This document shows, piece after piece, positions 35,001 to 44,190 of a DNA stretch of 64,000 nucleotides. The DNA is taken from assembly GCA_019828565.1 (NCBI GenBank), contig JAHDYR010000053.1:532214-596213 (forward strand), given 5' to 3'. The notes below the pieces were generated by a model, which was not told the origin of the DNA, made no database searches, and saw only the letters and a list, made by a program, of their open reading frames with translations. Each line of letters starts with the position of its first letter. Within the stretch, counting starts at the first letter, position 1. The stretch is from Carpediemonas membranifera BICM. Lineage: Eukaryota; Protista; Fornicata. Position numbers and translations under genes: made by a program.

Positions 35001-36259
35001 TGGCCCTGGCCGCCATCGCCCAGAGCAGTGGCGACGGAGGGTCTGGAGGCGAAAGACATGCCATGGTTGCGGCATAGGTTCTTCAACATCTCCTTCTCTT
35101 CGTCTTCAAACACGAACTGATTGGCTACGGCGTTCCCACCGGTATACAAGTCTTCAATGAGCTTGGTGGCGATGGCATGCTGGGCGCGCCACTCACGGGT
35201 CTCCTCGGGTGGTGAGAAGAAGTCCATAATCTGCGTGAGATCATCAAAATGCAGCAGGAATGTGAGGAGGATGCGTGTCTGCTGGATGCTATCCTCCGTC
35301 TGGCGGGCTGCTTGGAGGAGGGCTTCGAGGTCTGCGGCACCTTCGCCGGGTTCAGCACCGGGCTCGATCTGCTTGCCGAGAGATTCGACTAAATCTAGGA
35401 TCTTGGAGTCAATTTCCGAGATTTCGTCATATGCGGCGACGATCTTGAGCACGCTCCCAGCATGATGCTGCACGAGGCCTATATAATCGTGCATAACATC
35501 TGCGGGGAAGGCTGCCACGTCAGGCATCGTAGCAGTGAGCATAGCGATCTGTGCAACGAGACCATGCATGTCAGCAGCGGCCTCGAGTGTGTCAATAGAG
35601 TTCTGTATGCTGTCTCGATTCATCATGGCTTCGTGGAACTTGTCGTCAGAGGCGGAGAATGCGATCTTCTCTTGTTCTGCGATGCGGCGGGTGCAAATCG
35701 ACCCGCCCAACTCAATGTGGGGGAGCATTTGGATCTCGAGCACGGCGTCACGAACGGTATCCATGTCTAAAGCTGCAAAACCGCGAGCGATCTCTCTAAG
35801 TGCATTGTAACACGTTGTACCCCACGTCAGCAGGTCTAGCGAGTGAATGAACTGCTTCGTTCTCATCAAAACGTCTGAAAACGAGTGTGTCATTGAGAGG
35901 AGGTACTGGTTGATGCACGGAGGGAGTGTCATGCCGAGTGACTGGGCTAAGCGGGAGAGCTGAGCGACCTCATGGTCCGAGAGAGACTGGAACAGCGCCA
36001 TTAGGCTGGTGCCGGGCTCGTTGAGGGAAGCCAGAACGAGGAAGCGCTCCGTTGTTGTCATTTCTGTGGTGTTTAGGAGCATCTCTTTGATATTATCCGT
36101 AGTCTCTGGCGAAAAGACAGGAGCTATCTGTGAAAGGACATCATGGAGCGTAAAGTAGGAAAAATCCTCGTCATCAGGCGTTGACGTTCCAGAAACAGTA
36201 GTAGATGGGGCAGTAGATACCCGTGTAGTGGTAGAAAGCGCCGTAGACTTCAAGCTCAT
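32003..36259 (-). CDS. Helical N-terminus + TKL-like protein kinase + RCC1-like repeats
   Basis: LGDGGQGQVF, VFKR, IHRDLKPQN, VGDLG, GTVGFTAPE, DVFSLA; then repeated CGDNRYGRLG / GSNAFGQL / AGKNEFGQTG. Confidence 0.9.
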   Translation of the reverse strand: MSLKSTALSTTTRVSTAPSTTVSGTSTPDDEDFSYFTLHDVLSQIAPVFSPETTDNIKEMLLNTTEMTTTERFLVLASLNEPGTSLMALFQSLSDHEVAQLSRLAQSLGMTLPPCINQYLLSMTHSFSDVLMRTKQFIHSLDLLTWGTTCYNALREIARGFAALDMDTVRDAVLEIQMLPHIELGGSICTRRIAEQEKIAFSASDDKFHEAMMNRDSIQNSIDTLEAAADMHGLVAQIAMLTATMPDVAAFPADVMHDYIGLVQHHAGSVLKIVAAYDEISEIDSKILDLVESLGKQIEPGAEPGEGAADLEALLQAARQTEDSIQQTRILLTFLLHFDDLTQIMDFFSPPEETREWRAQHAIATKLIEDLYTGGNAVANQFVFEDEEKEMLKNLCRNHGMSFASRPSVATALGDGGQGQVFTGTLRGETIVFKRPDANNIAIYPPSIMEFLKEGQNLSKHGGDYIISSHGLLVTPHGFYLGLEHCELGDASTYLKLGSPEASWELADILSLALQMALGVASFSVKGVIHRDLKPQNFLMTSKGSPIVRVKVGDLGNLLHISNATLNNIGTVGFTAPELIDGRDYDPKADVFSLAVTFWCMLHNTAIPRLTSNKGTAVHPMQIPMLIRAGERPLIAQSIPEPVAELIRQMWATDPDERPCIHTVSTRLATLCADLGAHWFEAKVGGVEAVLLRDRRSLLLRDGEHAVSVDLMTGKVVLFDAVKLKDPRPALQALITAIEPGHSRCQSFHALQAVVQSFDTIHSASGQTLIAGQLAYHVVQDQLHANGGIPMPVISTMDGQAMCEIMRIEQRQTIIGLTCLGSFIALLESIVTHTSLSKLRKKLKNCEKDAHVILAVALEGCRATFPSRAVGDYTVYSLGPLQLVSKGLEVDVLPPDFTPAQVISEKGAKFFIGDTETYACGDNRYGRLGVDCVAESIPTPKLVQTVNIKAVSVDHDHCFFLTDTSWAGAGLFRKDSIARPLVGAVIAQTADCEFFSIMGETFARGDNASCRLGTANTDRILKGWSRVTISSHVRTVLVTPHNAFFATPTGVYATGCNTGGQVTGVPTVAPSGPRLTPLPVAADKAWTTTAGIFVRAGGNVFCSGSNAFGQLLTDNTEPQLFGPVAVPLINELFVSESTTFALTSSGLVAAGSNSFGRLGLNSDSIRVMTPTLVDLDCAIATIYPGPEQTFLVGTTSDGPALFAAGKNEFGQTGVPSGNVIRGFTRIDLHERVDHIINDRKSTLFHTPKGVFACGCNRHKKLIDANKRTLRLTLMKDWPIAQTTLMVTRTIFLTTPEGKVLVRGHNKQGCTGLGHKKHLRRWTELNAALPFDITRVLSDGVVSYFEGADGLFVCGENRSFHSHFRIGFRTNTPAVTTSRARTILSPITVTGASLKNARFDSVSSITHAGREKGRVAWPQ

Positions 36260-36536
36260 GCTTTCGTTCTCGCCTTCAATGATCGTGAGATTGAGTCATG
36301 ATACAGTCATGGAGATTGATTTGCGTGTCAAGGAGTGTGTCAGATGGTGTGCCTCTGACCTGGGGCGTGATTCGGGCCGAGCCGACGCTGTCCGAGATCT
36401 GCCATTTGAGATGAGGGCGCATTCCGAGATTTGAGACGAATCATTTCCAGATCGCTTTGATAGATTCGATATGAACTGCGGTACGACAACCATTCGTATA
36501 ATAAATCCATTATTTACACAGAAACCACGATCTCTC

Positions 36537-38380
36537 TTACACACCGGTCTCAACCTTCTCTAGGCTCTTCCCAACGCTCTTCTGCAAAGCATGCCGCAGC
36601 TTGCCCTGGTCAATTCGGATCTGGCGCTGCACGCCGCTCCTATCCACGTGGGGGAACAAGAGAGAGGCCAGCTGATCCCGGACGATGGCCCTGGGGTTGT
36701 TGTGGTAACGAGCCTCGATGTCGGCGTCACGGTGGGCAATGGCCTCTGCCTGCTTCATGGCTGCAGAGCCGGCCTGCTCGCCGCTGAGCTCAGCAACAGC
36801 CTCACGGGCAGCCTCGCTGATGAACGAGTGAGCGGCGCCCTTGCCGGCATCCGCCACGGCCTGGAAACGGGCCTCTGCCTTAGCCTGGCGCTCTGTAGCG
36901 TCCTGGCGACGCCCGTGCTCCTCAGCCTCACGCCTGTTCCTAATCCTGCACGCCATGTCGAGAACATGACGAATACTGCTCTCTTGGCGCTGCCGGGTAT
37001 ATTCCTTGCTATAATAGTCGAGTAGGTTTGAGACTGTGGCGCCCTCAAGGTGCTTGACGATTGATACGGCGTCCTTCTCAGTTCTGTGCTTCTTGAGCAT
37101 GGATAGGGCAGTGTCATCCGCATCGAGCACTTCAACAAGACGAAGCTCCTTAATGAGGGCCAGACGCCGCTCCTTGCCGATAAACATGGCGTTTTGAGCC
37201 GCGCGGCCTCTGAGGAGTCTCTGGATGAGTACAGTAGCGTCGTGGACGTCCCGGTCGTACGGGGCTGGGGGCACCTCGGGTGTCGCGGGTCTGAGGGTAA
37301 CGGGCTTCTTCTTCATGGTGTCGACCTCGGGCATGGGGGCGACTGTCTCCGGCATGTCACCCCCATCCATTGCCACAGTCTTGGCAGCGGGGCGGGAGGC
37401 AGAGACTGAGCGGCCAATCGTGCGGAGAAGAGGCCCGCTGCGCTCGAGAACAGCGGCAGCGGTGGAGGCGTGCTTCGTGGTCTGGACGTCGGCTGGCAGG
37501 GCCCGTTCCATGCGGTCGATGACGGTGATGTCGTTGAGCTGGGTCCCGGGGAGCGTGATGACTGATTGGAACTTGCCCGAAGTCTTGCCCAGGCGGGTCA
37601 CGGGGGCGCGGACCTGGCTTGTGGCGTTGGCGTAGTCCATGATGCGGTCCTTGCCGGGCTTGCCCTGGCCTTGGAGGACGCGGCGGGCGGCGGCGTATTT
37701 GCGGAGGGTCTTGACGCGTTGTTTGTCGATCTTCTCCATGGTGCGCGCTCTCTCGCGCTCAAGCTTGGCTGTGCGAGAGGCAAGTTGGGCCTGGCGCTGG
37801 GCCTCGCGCTTGAGGGCACGCTTGTCGAGCATGGAGCGGAGCGCAGTGAGGTGACGCTCTTGCTCCTCGGCAATCTCTGCCTCACGCTCCTGCCAGTCAG
37901 CGACTTCCACCTCAGAGAGGATCTTGAGGCGTCCTTCGAGGTCGTCAGGTTGGCTGGCAAGCTTCTTCTCGCGCTCCCGGATCCAATCGATCTTACGAAG
38001 CGTCTCCTGGTGAGCTGGAAGAAGACCATTCGCCACAGTGAGTGCCTTCATGCCCAGCACCTCCGGGGCCTGGCCCTCTGGGACGTCTACGTCCGGTTCC
38101 CATGGGTCCGTCTGAGCTGCGCTCTCACGGTAGTCAGTTTGGATGCCCACGGTGCATTGCTGCTGGTTCGTGTCGGTAGGAGTCATACGATCAGCCTCGT
38201 CCATGAAATCTTGTTCGGGGGGCGCAAGAATGCTATGTAATGGAAAACTGTTCAAACATACATCTCAGCAGGGAGATACTCGTGGAATGAAGGGATGAGG
38301 GGACGACGGAAGTACAGGGAGCGCATTGCACCGGTTACTGCTGCTTCACGGCGCACATAGTCCTGTCTTCTTGACTGCAT
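36537..38380 (-). CDS. CFAP91: Cilia/flagella-associated protein 91 (MAATS1); 2 exons, intron 38233-38261
   Basis: Exon 1 ...LYFRRPLIP joined by a 29-bp GTATGT..ATTACATAG intron; TVGIQTDYRESAAQTDPWEPD and IQRLLRGRAAQNAMFIGKERRLALIKELR. Confidence 0.9.
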
Positions 38381-38640
38381 GAAATTTTGTGGCTAAACTG
38401 CACATTGCAATGAACGGCGAGAAACACTCGATGCGGCGCATAGAAGCCACGTTCATGAGGCTCCACTGATTCTATTCATGCTACTTAAAACATCAACGGC
38501 TCTGCCGGTCGTTCAGACCCGGGGCAACAAGACCAAGTCCACTCGACTATGGCAACCCCATCCAGATCAAGAGCCTCCACCCCTCTCCCAATGAGTAAAT
38601 ACCCCACATGAACTGGCCATGCAACCGAATGTTTACTTCC

Positions 38641-40562
38641 CTAGAGTTTCTCGACGGGCTCGATGCCGAGGATGTCGAAGCACTTCTTCATCGTGAGCTG
38701 GGCGGCCAGCAGCATGTGCAGGCGGGACTCGCGCATGACGGCATCATCCGTGATCACACGGCACTTCTCGTAAAAGTCAGAGATCTTGACCGAGAGGTTG
38801 TAGAGGTAGTCGCACAACCGGTGGGGGTAGAGGTCCTTGAGGGTGCTGACCACCTCGTCCTGGAAGCGGGCGATGTGTATCATCAACGCGACCTCGGCCG
38901 CACGCTCCTCAGCGACCTCCGAGAGAACGATTGCCTCGGGTGTCTCGAGGAGAGCCTCCTTGGTCGTGCCGGCCTTGCCGAAGATGGAGGAGATGCGGGC
39001 GTACGCGTACATAAGGTAGACGGCGGTGTTGCCCTTGAGGTTGAGCATCCGGTCGAACGAGAAGACGTAATCCTTCGTCCGCTGCGAAGAGAGGTCGGCG
39101 TACTTCACAGCAGCGATGCCGACCTTCTGGGCGATCTCGGGCATCTCCTCCTCTGTCATACGGTTGGCCGACCGCTCCTTGAGGATAGCGTGGACCTTGC
39201 CCACCGCCTCATCCAACAGAAGCCGCAGCCCGACCGTGTCGCCCGACCGCGTCTTGAACTTCTGCCCACTGGTGTCCTTGACGAGGCCGAAGCCCACGTG
39301 GACGGCTTCGGGGTCGGGTCCCATCTCGACCCACCCCATGGCCTTTGCTGCGGCGAAGATGAGGTCAAAGTGGGGGGCTTGGCCGTGATCGGTGCAGTAC
39401 ACGATCTTGTCAGCGTGCAGGCGCTGGGTACGGTAGTAGATCGCGGCCATGTCGGTCGAATCGTATCCGTATCCACCGTCTGTCTTACGGAGGATCAAGG
39501 GGATCGAGGCGGACTGGCCCTTCTTGCTCTTGGGGGCGTCGGGGTCGGGCTTGCCGTCACGGAACCAGCAGAGGGCGCCGTTGTCGAGCTCGGCCTTGCC
39601 CTCGTCTTCCATCATCTTGATTACGACCGGGATGAGGGGGTTGTAGAAGGACTCGCCGCACTCGGCGATAGAGACCTTGAGCATGTCGTAGATGACCTGG
39701 AAATCGGCCCGGGAGAGCTCGCAGATCTTCTTCCAGGCGGCGTACTCGTCAGGGGAGTGGGATTGGAGCTTCACGACAGTGCGGCGGGCCTCCTCCTTGA
39801 ACTCGAGGTCCTCGTCGAAGTGGGCCTTCGCGCGCTTGTAGAAGGTGACCAGATCGCCGATATCGGGCATCTTCTCCTTGAAATCGGGCGCCTCGAGCTT
39901 GAGCTGGGCTATGAGCATGCCGAACTGCGTGCCCCAGTCGCCGACGTGGTTGGTACGGATCACAGCGGGCTTGGCGTTCTCGCCCTCGTCCTCGATAGCC
40001 TTCTCGACGGCGGCCCAATCACAGACGGGGTCGACATCGACGCCGCCTTCGGGGATGCCGAGGCAATACTCGTAGAGGCGGCAGATGGTGTCGCCGATAA
40101 TGGTGGAGCGAAGGTGTCCGACGTGGAGGGGCTGGGTAAGCGGTGGATGGTCATACAAACCTTGGCGATGTTGGGCGATGAAAAGTCGACGACGACGCGC
40201 TTGTAGGGAACCTCAGGGGGGATGGGGGAGCCAGTGGCCAGAAGACGCTTGATCTCGGCCTTGATGAAGTCCTCCTTGAGGTAGATGTTGATGAAACCGT
40301 TGACAGGCTCGCACTTCGCGATCACGTCGTTCTCGGGGACGTTGGCTGCGATCTCAGAGGCAACGTCGAAGGGAGACTTCTGCTCTGTCTTCGGCTTGCC
40401 CTTGTTGTGAAGCTTGGACAGCTGCATGGCGTTGTTGCACTGATAGTCACCGAATCCGGCACGCACGCTGACCATGATGATGGCGTTCACATTCTTCCCC
40501 GCGTACTTGGGAGCAACAATGTCTAGAGACTCCTGGAAGAGCTTTTGAAGCGTTACAAGCAT
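38641..40562 (-). CDS. RARS: Arginyl-tRNA synthetase (2 exons; intron 40132-40160)
   Basis: GDYQCNNAM; VVVDFSSPNIAK|PLHVGHLRSTIIG joined by a 29-bp GTTTGT..CTTACCCAG intron; NHVGDWGTQFG, KFKTRSG, GNTAVYLMYAYAR. Confidence 0.97.
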
Positions 40563-41343
40563 TGGGTAAGCTGATCTGAGTGCTTCGACTGGCGATGACT
40601 TTGGTGCAGTTTATGACATTTTCATCGGAGGAGGAACGCCTCAGATCAGACAAGTCAGTCGCATTAAGCGCTAAGTCGTGCTCATCAGTGGCCCAGAGTT
40701 TGAAGGGACAGTTTGTCGCAATACAAGTGTCGTATCGGAGTGGATTCTCGACCGGTTCGCTTTTCAGGTATACTTTGTCAAATGATGGTGCCCATTGAAC
40801 GAGCGCCCATTCTCCCTCTCCCGACGACTCAAGATGGCCTTAAAGAGCGAGAGTCGTGGAGTCTGCGTGACTCCAAGTGAGTCACAACTACTTATCGGTA
40901 AACTGAGTCCTCACAGTACGGTGCTCAATCGAACTCAAGGGGCACTGAATATATTGTCAGCAACACTTCTCGCCTCAGTTTCGCAGTCCATATCGATAGT
41001 GTCAATCATCAGACTCTAGAACACCGAGACCTGGGTTTCAGCCCCAATCTTCCGGAAGTTGCCCCTTGCCGGACCAGATCACACAAGGGAGGCGGACGCC
41101 CACCGCACCGCTCCCTGGACACCGACCACGTCTGCCCATGTAGTTGAGTGTGGGTTGGTGGGTACCTTTTGGCATAGGTGGTTAGTTAGAGTGTCAGTCC
41201 GTAGAGCTAAACCCACAATCCCAGAGACGGCCCGATATCACTGGATGTATCTGCCGGAGAATTATTCATCGGTCAGATCTTCGAGTCGCTTTTTTCGACT
41301 CGGCCAGAAAACTGGCGATAATCATCATTAGCTCAGCTTTTCT

Positions 41344-42027
41344 ATGGGTATTGCAGCGCTGTTGTCCAGTTGGACGCATTATAGTATAGAAGACTTGTCG
41401 ACTGATGCCAGGGAAGTCATCGTCGGCGTTCTAGTTGCCATCATCTCGAGCTTAATCCTCTATTGCATTGGCTGTGGCTGTGCTACGGCCGTTTACAAAT
41501 GTGGTTCTCAGATAATAAGTATCGTTAGGGGGCTCAAAAAGAATCCACATCCAAATCCTCGTCTTATTCCCAAGCCGTCGGCCAGGACGGACAGCATCGC
41601 GATCGCGCCACAGTCAACGGACGACACCGACCTTCTCGTCGACATCTGGTTCAGGGCATCGCTCCAGGCCCATGGCTTCCTGGGGGCGGCCCGGCTGGAA
41701 AGCCAGCGTGAGGCGGTGCGCGACGTCTATTTCCCGCAGGCCGAAACCTGGGTCGCCACCGACGGGTCGAAACCGGTCGGCTTCATCAGCCTGCTGGGCG
41801 CCCACATCGGCGCCCTGTTCGTCGACCCGCCGATGCAGGGCCGGGGCATCGGCCGGCGGCTGATCGCGCAGGCCGGGGCCGTTCGCGGCGCCTTGTCGGT
41901 CGAGGTCTACGCCGAAAACCGGGCGGCTACGGCCTTCTACCGCCGCCAGGGATTCGTCGAGACCGGGCGCCGGCCGGTCGACGACAACGGCCTGCCGCAT
42001 CCCCTGATTCGCATGGAACGCGCCTGA
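41344..42027 (+). CDS. Chimeric gene: eukaryotic TM leader fused to a bacterial YjaB-like GNAT acetyltransferase
   Basis: TM VIVGVLVAIISSLILYCIG; then DIWFRASLQAHGFL..VGFISLLGAHIGALFVDPPMQGRGIGRRLI..VEVYAENRAATAFYRRQGF..GRRPVDDNGLPHPLIRM; abrupt GC increase from ~41572. Confidence 0.85.
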   Translation: MGIAALLSSWTHYSIEDLSTDAREVIVGVLVAIISSLILYCIGCGCATAVYKCGSQIISIVRGLKKNPHPNPRLIPKPSARTDSIAIAPQSTDDTDLLVDIWFRASLQAHGFLGAARLESQREAVRDVYFPQAETWVATDGSKPVGFISLLGAHIGALFVDPPMQGRGIGRRLIAQAGAVRGALSVEVYAENRAATAFYRRQGFVETGRRPVDDNGLPHPLIRMERA

Positions 42028-42089
42028 CCGACCCGGCGACCGGATCAGGCCACCTTATCAATGCGTTACCCCCCTGCCCAACGAGCCAG

Positions 42090-42227
42090 ATCCCGACGCC
42101 ATTGTGGCAACATTAGGTTCACGTTCATCGGATTGCTCCGGTCATGTCAAGGCCGTCGCCTTCCTGACCGACTACATCATGCTCACTATCACGAATTATG
42201 TCAGGCTGTGGGACAAGAGCGGCCTGT
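42090..42227 (+). pseudogene. Truncated WD40-family remnant
   Basis: SSDCSGHVKAVAFLTDYIMLTITNYVRLWDKSGL; DNA nearly identical to ~48805-48907. Confidence 0.85.
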
Positions 42228-42296
42228 CTCGCCGGAAGGTAATCCGATCAGCTCTTCAGGCCCTTATCCCCACAGTTTCGCAGTCCAAGGATACTG

Positions 42297-42380
42297 TGTG
42301 GTTTGGAAGAGAAAGAGTTTACGAGTAAAAAGAGGTTTGGACCCTCCCAGGGATATTGGTAGATATTAATACTGACTACA
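42297..42380 (-). repeat. 3' LTR (84 bp)
   Basis: Identical to 48247-48330. Confidence 0.97.
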
Positions 42381-42390
42381 CTTCCCCCCC
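42381..42390 (-). other. Polypurine tract
   Basis: GGGGGGGAAG on the minus strand directly abutting the 3' LTR. Confidence 0.9.
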
Positions 42391-43083
42391 ATGGCCAAGC
42401 AGTCGCGCGGCCATCACCACAACCAACATCTGGTATTACGTGGGGCTAGAGCCACCAATCGAACTTGGGATTACGCTCGCTCATGCCGAACCACTATTGG
42501 AATTATCGACGGGATAACGACAACCAACTTCTGGGATTACGTCTTATTGCAACCTCCAGGTGAGGTATTATGCGTAGTAAGGTGTGACCGAAAGATTCGA
42601 GGATGATATCAAAAAGATTCGGAAAAGATCTATGCAGCGCTGCTAATTAAGATATGGGTTCAGGAGCTCCTGTATAAGTATAAAAAGGACGTACCACAGC
42701 CCCGCCCCCTCGCGGGCACTCTGGGGCTCGCGCTCGACTCGGGAATTCTGGCCCCGAGCATTTTTAGGCATTTCGCCATCGCTCATACAGAAAGTTCTGG
42801 TACGTTGGGCTGATCCGCCCCATTCTTACACAGTGCCCGAAAAAGGGGTTTTCGAGCCCCAATTCGGCTTCGTTGGCGAGTTCTGACTCTTTTTGTTCTG
42901 CGCTGTACCGAAAGTTAACCAACATCATAAGCACTGCTCCACGGACGGTAGAAGTCTCGTGGACTGTGTTTGAGATATAAATATTGTGAATAGTCCGTCA
43001 TGGGGATCACTATGGGCACTTCCATTCGTCATTTGGGAAAAGTGCAGGATATGTCGCTTTTTCCTGAGGAAAAGCGGCCAAAC

Positions 43084-44171
43084 ATGGCGGATACGCGTGC
43101 GCTCGACCAAATTCGTGAGCTTTCGATGGAGTTAACTGATGACGATTATCGCAAGGTGCTCGAAAATGCCCTTGCGACGATTGCTCGGACGCAACGCTAT
43201 AAGGCCCGCACGATGAGCGCCCTGCAGAAGAGGGCCATCCGCAAGAGCGGCGGGAATGCCTCCCAGATGCCCATGATGCGGTTTGTGCGCCTCTATTCTT
43301 CTTACCTAGGATCTTCACCGTGCCGGCAACTTCCGCTCGGGAGCTCTGCCGTGTGCCGGTGGGGGGTGTGATGGAGGGGTGCTTCACGAAGCAGGCAGAC
43401 CAGCTCGCCGATGTGGTTCGACGGTGCTTGGCTGGCTACGTTAACTTCGTTGAGGTGCCCCTCGAGGGGATCTTCGATCACCTCTCCACCGGCACGCTGT
43501 GGAGCAAGGACGCAGGCGGCTTGCTCGATCTGTCAGCCGGCCTGCTGGTCCAGCTCCAGCGAGAGCATCGTGCGCTCCGCTTCCTGCGGGAGGCGTCTCG
43601 CAGCCGTGCCGAAACCGACTCCGGCATAGTCCGCGACGCCGTTGACGCCGGCGTTTTCGATCTCAAGGGCAACGGCTCAAACAGGTACGTCACCCCGGAG
43701 ACCCTGTTCTCGCTCTCCCGCGCTCTCGGCTGCGGCCAGAGCCTGGCCCGCCGCACCCTGTACCGGGTCGCCGTCTTGGCCCTCGCCCCAGACTACTACC
43801 GCTTGTTCCTCCACGGGGAGCGTAGCGAGAACGTCTCAGTCACCGCCACTCACTGGGCCGCCCTGGTCGCTAACCTCCGCGCCATGGACGAGCTTCCGTC
43901 CCTGCCGGAGCGGCTCGGTCTGGCCATGCAGGTCTCTGACCCTGAGCGCGAGTACGAGGTCCTTGACGTGCTGGGTCACGAGATCCTGACGGCTGGATCC
44001 GACCGCCGACTCATTCTTCACGTTCAGTACGCGGGCTACACTGCCCCTACCTGCACTGGTCTGGACGAGACCCTCGCTGCCGTCAGCGTGGCTCGCGAGT
44101 ATCTGATCGACTTTGAGCTCGAGGACTGGATCAAGGGCCCTGACGACGAGTCCGATGACGACTACCAATAA
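43084..44171 (+). CDS. Element-encoded antisense accessory protein (~352 aa) with C-terminal chromodomain-like region; predicted intron 43281-43309
   Basis: Removing GTTTGTGCGCCTCTATTCTTCTTACCTAG joins ORFs 43000-43371 and 43320-44171 in frame (..MPMMR|IFTVPATS..). C-terminus EREYEVLDVLGHE..LHVQYAGYTAPT..ETL..AREYL; AATAAA overlaps the stop codon; start could also be ATG 43000 or 43051. Confidence 0.75.
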
Positions 44172-44190
44172 ATCTTGATTGAGAATCCGT

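Noticed and set aside
20334-40206. Long antisense ORFs opposite SHMT (20334-21446), fibrillarin (25581-26420) and ArgRS (38608-40206)
   Set aside because: Shadow frames caused by high GC3 codon bias of well-identified genes; no motifs
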